Below are positions 26,872-39,300 of a stretch of 64,000 nucleotides of DNA, piece by piece. The first letter of the stretch is position 1. Every line of letters starts with the position of its first letter. Origin of the DNA: a virus. The translations under genes and the position numbers were made by a program. The stretch covers positions 32,001 to 96,000 of IMG/VR virus record IMGVR_UViG_3300023179_000037. One strand, written 5' to 3'. The notes beneath the pieces were generated by a model, which saw nothing but the letters and a program-made list of their open reading frames with translations, was not told the origin of the DNA and did no database searches.

Positions 26872-28173
26872 ATGATTAGAATCACTAATAATCTTTTTGA
26901 GGCGATTCAAAAAGTTACGCAAGGCAATAATAATCCTTCAAAACTAAATGAAGAGCATCTGGATGTTTCTGACGATGTCATTTCTAAAATGGTAGATGAA
27001 CTATCGGATGACGAATTTGTTGAAGCTTTGGAAGAAGCCAGTTATTCAGCTAAAGCTGCTCGTGCTGGTAAAGACATTGGTAAGCCGGGCAAAATGTTTG
27101 CGAAGATTGCTGCTTCTGCTGCCAAGCGTTATGGTTCGGAAGAGCGAGGCAAGAAAGTTGCTGGTGCTGTTCTAGCTAAACTTCGCAAAATGGAAGAAGC
27201 TGAAGAGTTGGATGAATTAGATAAATCTACTTTAGGTTCTTATGTTAAAAAAGCTGCCAGGGATGTGCAACAAAATACTTATAGATCGGGATTATCTGCT
27301 GCTAGAGGTGTTACTAATGAACCAAGTATTAGTAAGACTCAAAAAAGACAAACGGGTATTGCTAAAGCAGTGAATAGACTTACTAGTGAAGATATTGAGC
27401 AGACCAATGAAGCACAGACCAGTGCTGCAGCCAGATATGCTAAAGCTAAAATGAGTTCGCAAGCTAAAACAACTATGAAGCATGTTGCTAATCCTACTGC
27501 TGGAGAAATGCAAGCTGCAAAGGATATCAAACCTGGTATTGCTGGGTATCGTGACCGTGCAGCAATGCTTAAGTCTGCAGAAAAAGACGGGCGCCTAAAA
27601 GAAGGTATGGATTCAGTAGGCAAAGAGGATTCGGATATCAACAATGACGGTAAGACAGATAAGTCAGATTCTTATTTACTCAATCGCCGTAAAGCAATTA
27701 AGACTGCAATGAAGGAACAAATAGAAGTAAAGTATTATGTTGAAGAAACGGCAACTGTTGAAGTTCCCGCAGATCCAACTTATGCTGATTATCTTGATGC
27801 AGTACAAACTATTGTAGGTTCAGATGATCATGAATTACAACAAGATATAATAGCTATTGCTGAAGAAGCATTTGACAAACAAGAGTTTAATATTATTCTT
27901 GAAGCGGCAATCACAAAACAGCAAAAGAAAGATTTAAAACAAAAAATGAATTATTATTTTGGTGATTTTAAACCAACAATGAAACCAGAAACTATTAAAA
28001 GAACTGTTGGCGCCAGACATGACATTGAAACAAAAGGCGGAGTAACAAAAGCAACTGCTAGGCTCGCTCATACCACCGGAGAAAGTCCAGAAGAAGCAAA
28101 AGCAAGAAGAGCTGTCGATAAAAGAGAAAAGCAACTTGCAAAGATGGCTAAAGTTCTAAAATCAAGAAAATAG
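26872..28173 (+). CDS. Modular Glu/Lys/Ala-rich putative head protein
   Basis: LDELDKSTLGSYVKKA, GKEDSDINNDGKTDKSD modules; AATAAATA upstream. Confidence 0.6.
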   Translation: MIRITNNLFEAIQKVTQGNNNPSKLNEEHLDVSDDVISKMVDELSDDEFVEALEEASYSAKAARAGKDIGKPGKMFAKIAASAAKRYGSEERGKKVAGAVLAKLRKMEEAEELDELDKSTLGSYVKKAARDVQQNTYRSGLSAARGVTNEPSISKTQKRQTGIAKAVNRLTSEDIEQTNEAQTSAAARYAKAKMSSQAKTTMKHVANPTAGEMQAAKDIKPGIAGYRDRAAMLKSAEKDGRLKEGMDSVGKEDSDINNDGKTDKSDSYLLNRRKAIKTAMKEQIEVKYYVEETATVEVPADPTYADYLDAVQTIVGSDDHELQQDIIAIAEEAFDKQEFNIILEAAITKQQKKDLKQKMNYYFGDFKPTMKPETIKRTVGARHDIETKGGVTKATARLAHTTGESPEEAKARRAVDKREKQLAKMAKVLKSRK

Positions 28174-28194
28174 CCAATACAAAAGGGGAAAAAA

Positions 28195-28728
28195 ATGTCT
28201 CAATGGGGAAAATTAGATAGAATAAACCTATCTGGTGTAACAGCAATAGCAAATTTAAACAGTACAACTGTAACAACTACTACTAGTTCTTTTGTAACTG
28301 CCAATGTTAAAGTCGGTGATGCATTAGTTATTGAGAACGTGGCTTATAGAGTAAATCAAATTAATAATGCAAATACAATTGTTTTAGATGTAGCGTATAC
28401 GAGTGCTAATTCTGCTATCTTAACTTTAGGAGTACAACAGTCACCAAAAGAATTAACCACATATGGTTGGGGTAATGCTGCGATTGGTTTGTGGAATTCT
28501 AAACGTAACGTGTACGGCGTAGATAGTGTTGAAGTTGGTGTTAATGCAAATAAGGCAAATGGTATTAGTCACACCGGTTGGGTAAGATATGAACGATATA
28601 CTTCATCTAACGGTAGTACTAGAAATAAATCAGAAGTATTAGTGGCAATGTCTAAGAATTTTAATAGAAATAATGCCGGTACACTACAAACTGATGCAAA
28701 CGACGATACGATAATCAAAGACGCATAA
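28195..28728 (+). CDS. Putative virion structural protein
   Basis: MSQWG start; HTGWV..R.KSEVLVAM motif. Confidence 0.6.
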   Translation: MSQWGKLDRINLSGVTAIANLNSTTVTTTTSSFVTANVKVGDALVIENVAYRVNQINNANTIVLDVAYTSANSAILTLGVQQSPKELTTYGWGNAAIGLWNSKRNVYGVDSVEVGVNANKANGISHTGWVRYERYTSSNGSTRNKSEVLVAMSKNFNRNNAGTLQTDANDDTIIKDA

Positions 28729-28736
28729 GTTTTTAA

Positions 28737-31700
28737 ATGGCTGATCTTAAAGTCTCTGAACTAGAATCAGCTAATGTAGTACAGAGAGGTGATTTACTTT
28801 ATATTGTTCAGGATGGAACCAGTAAAAATGTAAATGCTGGTATTCTATTTGCATCCTTATCTGATCCTAGATTAGCTGGTAATGTACAACTAGGTGGAAA
28901 CGTACAAGTACTTTCCACTTCTGGTGTAATTAGTTTAACTGTTCCCAGAACAGAATTAATTGGTGGTAATGTTGCTAATACCACCGCTATTACTGATGGT
29001 ACAGCATTACCGGCAACAATCTTTATGTATACTCCCAATGTGTCTGGTACAGGATTGGGATTTACATTCACTGAAGGCGTAAGTTTTACTAAGAATATAG
29101 TTGTTAGTTACGCTAACAATAAAATAAAGTTAAACGGTTACTTCCCAAATGAATGGGCAGGATCGGGTGTAAATAAACCATTCCCAAGCGGATTGACCTT
29201 TGTTAAAGGCGCAAATTATGTCTTTAATGTTAGTGATCCTACCAATATTGGAAATACTTTATCGTTTTCCACATCCATAGATGGTACCAATACTCTAGGT
29301 ACTGAATACACTGCCAACGTTGTTAGAAACGGAACTGCAGGTTCTGCTGGTGCTAATATAACATTTATTCCTGCTAATGTAAGAATAGATGATGGTGGCC
29401 TAAAATATATTGATATCGCAAAAGGAACAGATGGCCAATTAAAGATTATTACTTTAACTAGCACCAGTGGAGGTAGCTATAGTTTAAGTAGTAATATTTT
29501 AAATAATCTTAATATAAAATTTACTAAATCTGGCGAAACAGCTTTCTTAATGTATTCAGGCAATGCTTGGATATTAGTTGGAGCAACGCCTGGATTTCAA
29601 ACCACATTCTCTGGTACTTCCGATGATGTGCCTGAGGGATCGAAATTATATTTTACTAATGCGAGAGCAAGAGCAGCAATTTCTGCATTTGATAATAGTA
29701 TTATATACGATTCTGTTTCTGGTACTATAAAAGCAAATGCTGCGTTCTTAGGCAACATTAGTATTTCTTCTATAGCAACTACAGATGAAATTCCCGAAGG
29801 ACCAATTGCTTTAGCAAATTTAAATTATGGTAGATCATATTTTACAAATGCTAGAGCTATTGCTGCAGTTACAGACGTTATACGATCTCAAACTGCTAAT
29901 CTTAATGCTGTAGCAAATATAACCTTTGCCAATGTAGCCAATGTTATTTACGTTACTTGTACTGGTAATGATGCTAATGATGGAAGGTCTATACAAAAAC
30001 CTTTGGCTAATATTCATACCGCATTAGCTAGATCAAAGGCATGGGATACTATTAAAGTAAGTAGTGGGCAATATGTGTTGTATAATCAACCTGTTACTAT
30101 TCCCACAAGAGTTTCTTTAGTTGGTGATAGTTTAAGAACTACTTCAGTATATCCATATCAAGCTAATGTTGATATGTTTTATGTTAATAATGGATGTTAT
30201 GTAACCGGATTCACATTTAGAAATCATGTTTCACCTGCTGCAGTATTTTCATACAATCCTAATGGATCTGCTGGATTTATTGTAACTAGTCCATATATTC
30301 AAAATTGTTCATCAATTACAACTACTGGTTGTGGTATGAGAGTTAATGGAAATTATGTTTCCGGTTTACGATCCATGGTAGTAGATTCCTATACCCAAAC
30401 CAATGAGGGTGGTATTGGAATTCATATGTTAAATAGAGGATATACGCAACTGGTATCTGTTTTTACTATTTGCTGTAATATTGCTATTTTATGTGAAAAT
30501 GGCGGATTTTGTTCTATTACCAATTCCAATTCATCCTTTGGTACTTATGGTTTGGTAGCTAGGGGAGTAAGTTTTCCTTTGTACTTTGGAACATTATTGT
30601 ATCAAGATGGCAATAATTTGACTCTGGGTAATTTAAATCAAAAACCAAATTATGGAGATGCAGTTTTAATTGCTGATTTTGATCAAAGTAAGTGCTCAAG
30701 AGATACGGGATTGATAGTAGATGCATTATTATTTGATTTAGCATACAACGGTAATACTGAAGCTACTTTTGCTGGGTTGCAGTATTTTGCTCAGTCAAGT
30801 TCTGCAATACCTGGGCAAGCCACTGAAACAATCAATGCCTTAAATTATGCGAAAAGATTGGCAACCAATGTTATTCTTAATATTGCAGTAACTCCTACAT
30901 ATCAATTAGCAAATTCGCAAGTTATTGTTGCGGGCCCAGTGGGGGGCCAAGATGGTGTTTATAAAATAAATAATGAATTTTATCTAATTACTGATATCAT
31001 TCAAAATGGGACGGTTGGAGTAACTGATAGAATAATTCCAAATAAGTATCCTGCTAATAGTGCTCCAAATATTAATCTATCAGCTAATATTCTTTATGCA
31101 AATAAAAATTTTATTCAGTCAGAAGTAGTAGCTTATGTTGCTAATGTATATCCCGCTTTCTCTTTTAATACAGCTAAATGTTTTAGAGATGTTGGCTATA
31201 TTATAGATAGTATTGTATTTGATTTAAGACACGATGGAAATAAACAAGCCATTACATCCGGGGTATACTATTATAACTTTAATGCGAATGTTTCACAAAT
31301 TAATAATCAAGTAGTGCAAACGAGATACGCATACAATTATATTGGTAGTTTAGTAACAAATTTAATACAAAATAAATCTGTAGCCAACTACAATGAGGCA
31401 AAGTGCAGGCGTGATACCGGATTGATAGTTGATTCATTGGTTATTGATTTGGCATATCAAAGTAATACTCAAGCAGTATTTGCCGGTTTACAATATTGGG
31501 CCCAAAGTTCTTCTGCTATTCCAGGTCAAGCTACAGAAACAATAGCAGCAATTGGATATGCCAAAAATTTAGCTACTAATGTTTTAGCTAATGTAACTAT
31601 TACTAATCTTAGACAAACCAATGTAGCTCAAGTTAGGGGATTGGGTGGTACAGCTATTGAAAAAGCGAATGTAGCAACGAATTTTGATCTAGTTGCCAAT

Positions 31701-33041
31701 ATTATTGGTGGTGGAACAGTAGGTGTAACTGATAGAATTATATCTAATAGATATCCAAAAACAGCAAATGCAACCATTAATAATGCAGCTAATTTATTGT
31801 ATTTAAATAATACTTTTATATCATCAGAAGTAGTAGCTTTTGTAAATCAAACTTATCCTTCTTTTACGTACAATGCTAATACTTGTGCAAGAGATGTTGG
31901 TTTTATTGTAGATAGTATTGTATTTGATTTAAGACATGGTGGAAATAGACAATCCATTATGTCTGGTGTCTATTATTATAACTTTAGCGCTAGTAATACT
32001 CAAATAAATGATCAAATTGTTCAAACAGGTGAAGCTTATAGATTTATTGGATCCATAATTGATGAAATAGTAACTGCAAATACGATTACAAGAACATTTC
32101 AAACTGCAGTAACTCAAAACACTACAGCAGCACCTGCGGCAACAACTTCACAATCTGCATATGTGGCAACTGATATTGATTTGATTGCGAATATAATAAC
32201 AAATGGTCCAAATGTCGCTCCCCCGAGACGTCCAATCACTTACAAAGAAAATATAAACATAAATGATAATAGAGCTGCTTTATTAATAGATGCAAATAGA
32301 CAATTTATTATAGAAGAAACTATAGGTTACGTTAATTCTGCATTTTTTAGTCCTCCTTATCAAGATGCAGTGAAACAAAATACGAATTCCGCCCCAGCTT
32401 CAACTACAGCAATTGCCAATGTAATATTGAATAATATAAATCTTATTACTAATATCATTTCAAATGGGCCAAGTGTAGCACCTGAAAAAAAACCAATAAG
32501 TTTAACGGCAAATACGGAACCGAATGTTATAAATGCAGCAAAAATACTTTATAACAATAGAGACTTTATCAAGGCAGAAGTTTTAGAGTACACCAATCAA
32601 AATTGGGCAAATCTTGGAAATAATAATTATGTATTCTATACTGTAAATGCATCAACTCCACTATTAAGTAATGTAGTTCATGGAAATACATCTGTTATTT
32701 CTTTACTTGAAACAATAAATGATACCTTTAGAATTGGAACTCGATTATCCTTTCATCAGCCAAGTTACATTTCCGGCTCAGGGCATACGTTTGAATACGT
32801 GGGTGCAGGTGATTCTTTATCTAATTCTTTACCATTTTTGGGGGGCGTACCTATTCAAGAAAATGAAGTAATCTCAGAAAGGGGCGGCTCAGTTTATTAT
32901 ACTAGTACAGATCATAAAGGGGATTTTAGAATCGGAGATAATCTATTGATTAACAGAACAGATGGTACTATTTCGGGAAGAACTTTTGTTAAAGCTTTGT
33001 TTGCAACTATGACCCCATATATATTAGCATTAGAAGGGTAA
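28737..33041 (+). CDS. Large virion structural protein with pectin-lyase-like region and internal repeats
   Basis: YV..GND.NDG..P, SPYIQNC; four C.RD.G.I.D repeats in two ~240-aa units. Confidence 0.7.
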   Translation: MADLKVSELESANVVQRGDLLYIVQDGTSKNVNAGILFASLSDPRLAGNVQLGGNVQVLSTSGVISLTVPRTELIGGNVANTTAITDGTALPATIFMYTPNVSGTGLGFTFTEGVSFTKNIVVSYANNKIKLNGYFPNEWAGSGVNKPFPSGLTFVKGANYVFNVSDPTNIGNTLSFSTSIDGTNTLGTEYTANVVRNGTAGSAGANITFIPANVRIDDGGLKYIDIAKGTDGQLKIITLTSTSGGSYSLSSNILNNLNIKFTKSGETAFLMYSGNAWILVGATPGFQTTFSGTSDDVPEGSKLYFTNARARAAISAFDNSIIYDSVSGTIKANAAFLGNISISSIATTDEIPEGPIALANLNYGRSYFTNARAIAAVTDVIRSQTANLNAVANITFANVANVIYVTCTGNDANDGRSIQKPLANIHTALARSKAWDTIKVSSGQYVLYNQPVTIPTRVSLVGDSLRTTSVYPYQANVDMFYVNNGCYVTGFTFRNHVSPAAVFSYNPNGSAGFIVTSPYIQNCSSITTTGCGMRVNGNYVSGLRSMVVDSYTQTNEGGIGIHMLNRGYTQLVSVFTICCNIAILCENGGFCSITNSNSSFGTYGLVARGVSFPLYFGTLLYQDGNNLTLGNLNQKPNYGDAVLIADFDQSKCSRDTGLIVDALLFDLAYNGNTEATFAGLQYFAQSSSAIPGQATETINALNYAKRLATNVILNIAVTPTYQLANSQVIVAGPVGGQDGVYKINNEFYLITDIIQNGTVGVTDRIIPNKYPANSAPNINLSANILYANKNFIQSEVVAYVANVYPAFSFNTAKCFRDVGYIIDSIVFDLRHDGNKQAITSGVYYYNFNANVSQINNQVVQTRYAYNYIGSLVTNLIQNKSVANYNEAKCRRDTGLIVDSLVIDLAYQSNTQAVFAGLQYWAQSSSAIPGQATETIAAIGYAKNLATNVLANVTITNLRQTNVAQVRGLGGTAIEKANVATNFDLVANIIGGGTVGVTDRIISNRYPKTANATINNAANLLYLNNTFISSEVVAFVNQTYPSFTYNANTCARDVGFIVDSIVFDLRHGGNRQSIMSGVYYYNFSASNTQINDQIVQTGEAYRFIGSIIDEIVTANTITRTFQTAVTQNTTAAPAATTSQSAYVATDIDLIANIITNGPNVAPPRRPITYKENININDNRAALLIDANRQFIIEETIGYVNSAFFSPPYQDAVKQNTNSAPASTTAIANVILNNINLITNIISNGPSVAPEKKPISLTANTEPNVINAAKILYNNRDFIKAEVLEYTNQNWANLGNNNYVFYTVNASTPLLSNVVHGNTSVISLLETINDTFRIGTRLSFHQPSYISGSGHTFEYVGAGDSLSNSLPFLGGVPIQENEVISERGGSVYYTSTDHKGDFRIGDNLLINRTDGTISGRTFVKALFATMTPYILALEG

Positions 33042-33042
33042 A

Positions 33043-33396
33043 ATGGCAACAGCACTTAATATATTCAGAACAATAACATCAAATATATTTACTTCGGGAA
33101 ATGTAATCTATACTGCTCCTTCCAACAGAACAACTATTATTTTAACATGCTTAATTTCTAATTTGTCTCAAAATACAGCTAATGTAAGTTTATATCACAG
33201 GGCTAATTCTGCGGTTGGGTTTTCAAATACTTTAATTGTTGATAAGTTTGATATTCCAACAAAAGATGCCGCCACACTTGTTGGTGGAGGTGTTGGCAAA
33301 CTAGTTCTTGAAACTGGTCAAAGTTTATATGCAAAATCAGGATCTGATAATACTTTACAGATAGTATTGAGCGTTTTAGAAACAGCAAATGACTAA
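33043..33396 (+). CDS. Small structural protein
   Basis: IYTAP..KLVLETG..SVLE pattern; coupled to neighbours. Confidence 0.6.
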   Translation: MATALNIFRTITSNIFTSGNVIYTAPSNRTTIILTCLISNLSQNTANVSLYHRANSAVGFSNTLIVDKFDIPTKDAATLVGGGVGKLVLETGQSLYAKSGSDNTLQIVLSVLETAND

Positions 33397-36300
33397 ACTT
33401 CTCTCAGGTCGTGTTAAAAAGATACCTAGTGCAAATGTAAGTTCAACTAGGTATCAATTCTTAAAGTTAGAGGAAACTGAACCAGATTTAGGTCTTCCTT
33501 CAACCGACGGTCAAGCACTTTTAAGTAATGTAACCGGTTATAGATACTGGGGCAATGTTTTTGCTACTATTTCTGATGCGGACAAAGCAAATATTGCAAA
33601 TACAGTCCTCGGTCAGGTTCAAGCAGCAACAACTTCAGGATTTGCAAATTTAGCAGGTTATGCTAATGTTTCTCAAAATGCTAACGTAGCAAATATAGTT
33701 TTATCACTTTCAAATTTCACCACATCAAATTTAAGTGAAGGTACAAATCTTTACTTTACCAATGCTAGAGTAGCAGCAAACGTTTCACTTCTTAGTATTA
33801 ATGTATTGTATGATGTTGATACTACAGGAGCAAGCACAAATCAAGTTTTAACATGGAACGGTACTCGATGGGTAGCAAATAATATTTCAAGTATTGGCAC
33901 CGCGAGCTCTGCTACTAATGCAAATACTGCTTCAATTGCCAATACTGCATTGACAGCAAATGTATCGAATACTGTTTTATCCATAAGCAATTTTACAACT
34001 AGTAATTTAACCGAAGGCACAAATCTTTACTTCAGCAATGCTAGAGCAATAACGGCTGCCATTCCGGCAGTTACACAATTAAAACCCAATATTGGGGGAG
34101 GTGCACCTTCCTCAGTATTTTATTGGTTATTTGATGATAATCAGTATTTAGGGACAAATCCTACAGTTTATGTCACTGCGGGCGAAACGATTTCATTTGA
34201 TTTAAACAATATCAGTATAGATACATTTGGTTTAGTTAAAGCATCCACTGGTAGTAACGTTACAACAGGATTAACACACGTATCTCCAGCAGGAACAATA
34301 ACCACTGGTGCCGGTGCTCAAGGAAAAACTAGCGGTAAATTATTTTGGAAGGTTCCGTTTGAGGAACAAGGTAATGTTTATAACTACACCAGTTTCAGCA
34401 GATCTTTTACTGGTAATATAGTAGTACAAAAACCCACTGCGTTACTTAGTACTTTTCATATTCCGGAAAACGGAAATCTTTATTATACAGATACAAGAGT
34501 ATTAACTAATGTATCATCCATGAGTATAAATGTTTTAGCAGACGTTAATACTACAGGAGCATCTTCAGGGCAGATATTAGGTTGGAATGGATCTGAATGG
34601 ATTCCAACATCTGTAGCAGGAGTAACATCAAGTACATTTGCTAATTATGCAAATACTGCTAACATTGCTCGTACTGCCAATCTTGCCAATTTTGCTAATG
34701 TAGCTAATTTTGCTAATACGTCAAATATAGCGAATTCAGTATTATCATTAAGTAATTTTACTACAAGTAATTTAACAGAGGGAACAAATCTTTACTTTAC
34801 AAATGCTAGAGTAACAGCTAATGTATCCTTATTAAGTATAAATGTTTTATATGATGTTGATACAACAGGATTAGCCACAAATAAAGTATTGACATGGAAT
34901 GGTACTGCTTGGGTACCGACAGATGTTTTGGGTACTGGTGTAGCAGCATTTGCTAATACATCTTTGCTAGCAGGGTTTGCTAATTCTGCCGGGCAGGCGA
35001 ATCAAGCAAATACTGCGTTAACAGCGGCAACAGCAACTATTGCATTCCTGGCTTCTTTAGCTACCTCTGCGGTGTCAGCTACTACTGCTTCCGTGGCTGA
35101 TATTGCCAATGTAGCTAATTTTGCCAATGTCGCCAAAGTTTCCAACACAACCAATTTTGCCAACGTTGCCAATATAGCAAATCTAGTAGTATCATTAGAA
35201 AATTTTACTACAAGTAATCTATTAGAAGGCAATAATTTATATTATACGAATGCCAGAGTATTATCTAATGTTTCTGTAATGAGCATAAATGTTCTTGCAG
35301 ATGTCAATACTAGCGGCTTAACAGATGGACAAGTATTAGTATGGCAAGGATCAAGTAATAATTGGATACCAGGAACAATTTCTTTAGTTAATGCTTCTAA
35401 TATTTCTGCTCTTGCTAATTATGCCAATGTATCAGGGGGAGCTAATGTAGCCAATGTTGTATTAACCATAAGTAATTTTACTACAAGTAATCTTGCTGAA
35501 GGCAATAATTTATATTATACGAATGCTAGAGTTTATTCTAATGTAATAAATGTATTAACAACTTATAATGGAAATATAAGTGCTGGAAACATCAATCTTA
35601 GTGGTAGATACTATGGTAATGGTTCAGCACTACTAGGTATTACTACAGCACAAGTAAAAGAAAGCGGAAACTTATTATATTTTACTAATGCGCTTTCAAG
35701 ATTATCTGTATCAAGCGCTAATGGTATAGATTATCAACCAAACACTGGCGTATTTCAATTAGCCAACACTGTTACATTTACAGAAGTTAGAACAGTAGTA
35801 ACAACCTTTGAATCTGGTACTGCTAACTCGTTAACAATACTTGGAAATCTTACAGTATATGGTAATGTTGTTGGATTTTTCTCTAATACATTAATTGTAA
35901 ATGATCCTCTAATTCAATTGGGTTACAGCAATCCTTCAGATGCAATTGATTTAGGTTTTATTGGTCATTATAATCAAAGTGGCACAGAAAGGCATGCGGG
36001 ATTATTTAGAGATGCATCTGAAACTGATAAAAGATTCAAATTCTTTGAAGGTTATACACTTGAACCCAATACTGCAGTTATAGCTACAACTGACCCATCA
36101 TTTGCATTGGCAAATGTGGAAGCTAAAGAGTTTATCGGCAATATAAATTGGAATAGAATTCTTAATGTTCCCGATCCAAGAATAACAGTTAATATTACTG
36201 GTGATGTATCTGGTTCAGCATATGGCGATATTATTGATCTACAAAATAATACAATCAATATTGTTACTGCTATTAATCCAAATAGCGTTGCCCTTGGTAC

Positions 36301-39300
36301 AGATACAACTGGAGATTACGTCGCCAATTTAATAGCTGGTACTGGTGTATTTATTTCTGGATTAACAGGTGAGAGTGCAACACCGACAATAGCTATTGGG
36401 CAAAATATAGCACCAACTGCAAATGTAACATTCAATAAGATTACTGCCGATGGGTCAAATATTACTAACTTATCTACAGATCAGATAAGAGAGGGTAGTA
36501 CTAATCTTTATTATACAAATACAAGAGTATTTTCAAACGTATCATTAATGAGTATTGATGTACTAGCTGATGTTAGTACAGTTGGTGTTCAAACAGGTAA
36601 TACTTTATATTTCGACGGTAGTTATTGGGTCCCGGGTCCAAACTTCGTAGAAACTCCAACAGTTGCATCAACAGCAAATCTAGTATTAAGTTTAGATAAC
36701 TTTACTACATCTAATTTAATAGAGGGTAGTAATCTTTACTTTACAAATGCTAGAGCAAGAGCAGCATTTACCGCAGGTTCTGGTATTTTCATTACACCGA
36801 GTGGTGTTATTTCTGCAAATGCTTCATCATTGTATGTTGACCAGATAAAATACACCTTTACGTCTGTAGGCAATCAATCAGTATTTAATGGAAATGATGA
36901 TAACGGACAAAATTTAGTTATTGCTTCACCAAACAAGGTACTCGTTTTCTTAAACGGTGTTCTATTGATGAAGGATATAGATTATACTGCTAATAGTATA
37001 GCAGTTGTTCTAAATGATTCTGTCACAGCTAATGATGTAGTCACAGTATTTGACGGTGTTCTTGTTGGTGCACAAAATACTATTGTAGATTATTTACAAA
37101 ATGTTAATGCTAATTTATTGCCTTTTATAGATAACTACTATAGTATTGGATCTTCTACGTTATCTTGGAAAGATTTGTATCTTGCCAATGGTATTATTAC
37201 ATTTAAAAATGCTGGTATATTGAATGCCAAAGCCAATGCTATAATTTATTATGATACTACTGGTAATATTATTTTTGAAGCAAATGCCAATAGTAGAACC
37301 ATAACACCTTTACTTGGAGTACAAGGTACTTATGGTAATGCAACGATTATTCCAGCATTTTCTGTTGATCAGTTTGGTAGAATAATAAGTATTTCAAATG
37401 TTAATGTTGCAGGAATTAGTGCTGGTTCAGCAACATCTGCTGAGTCTGCAAATGTTGCAAATATTGTTTTATCTATAAGTAATTTTACAACTGCAAATTT
37501 AACAGAAGGATCTAATCAGTACTTTACAAATGCCCGAGTTGCAGCTAATGTGGCACTGTTAAGTATAAATGTTCTAGCTGATGTAGATACCACCGGTGTT
37601 TCTACAGGTAATGCTTTAATATGGAACGGAACAAATTGGGTACCCGGTACAGCATCTGGAGCAGGAAGTGCAAGTACTGCTATCTTTGCTCAAACTGCTA
37701 ATGTTGCTAACAGCGCAAGTACAGCAACTTTTGCCCAAATAGCCAATGTATCCAATACGGTACTTTCAATTAGCAATTTTACTACAGCTAATTTAACAGA
37801 GGGAACAAATCTTTACTTTACAAATGCTAGAGTAACAGCTAATGTTTCACTACTTAGTATTAATGTTTTATATGATGTTGATACAACAAATGTTAGAACT
37901 GGTAATGTTTTAACTTGGAATGGTACTCAATGGATAGCAGCTAACGTTGTTTCTAGTGGAGGCGGCACTGTTGATCTTGCCACATATGGTGGTAACATCT
38001 TAGCAAGTAACGTTGTTGTTACTGGTAATTTAACTGTAAGTAATATTAATTTTATTGGTGGTTCAACATTAGGATTTTCTTCTGATAATAATACAATAAT
38101 AAGATCAGGCGTATTTGTATCAAGATTTGAAGATTCTGGTAATGTATTCTTACCAAATTTAATAGTATCTGGTAAATACTTTGGTGATGGCTCATCATTA
38201 ACAGGCGTACTGACTCTAGCAAGTTTATCTAATTCTTATATTTCAAATATTTCTATAGGTAATGTTGCAGCTGGTAATATTACTGCAGGAAATATAATTG
38301 TAACCGGTAGATTTATAGGTGATGGTTCTGGATTGACTGGTATCACAGCTTCTGCAATTAGTATTACTACTAGTTCTGTAGCAGAAGGAACAAATCTTTA
38401 CTATACCAATGCAAGAGTTATATCGGCAATACAAAATAACTATCTTGGTAATATTACTGCCGGCAATGCATATATCGCCAATCTAGTTGTCGGCAATCTA
38501 GTATCAACTGGTAATATTACTTCCATATCATTTAGATCAGATAACAATACCATAATTAGAGCTGGTATTTTTGATTCAACATTTACCGATACTGGTAATG
38601 TATTGGTGCCTAATTTGTATGTCTATGGTAATATCTATGGTGATGGACAATATTTAACGGGGGTATTAACTAGAGCATCCCTTGCAAATACTTTTGTTTC
38701 CAATATTTCTGTTGGATCATTAAGTGTCACAGGCAATATAAATGCCGGCAACATTATACTAACAGGTAAAATTACAGGGGATGGATCTGGTATTAGTAAC
38801 ATATCAGCTGCTGGTATTATATTATCTACATCCAATGTTTTTGAGGGATCTAATCTATATTTTACTAATACCAGAGTAATTACAGCAGTACAAAATTCAT
38901 ATTTTGCCAATCTTTCCGTAGGAAATTTATCTGTAGGAAACATAAACACCAACAATGGTCAGCTAGTTATTTCTGTTTCACAAGACAATAATACAATAAT
39001 AAGATCTGGTATTTTTGCAACTACATTTACCGATACTGGTAATGTAACAGTTCCAAATCTTATTATAACTGGTGGTATATTTGGAAATGCTTCTACACTG
39101 ACAGGCGTAGTAACAACGTCAAGTCTTAATAGTTATTCTTTTGGAAATATTAGTGCCGGCAATGTTATTGTAACAGGTAAATTTATTGGAGATGGTTCTG
39201 GATTGACCGGCATTACCGCCTCTGCTATCAGTATAACTACTTCAGCAGTAGCTGAAGGTTCTAATTTATATTATACTAATGCAAGAGTAATTTCGGCAAT

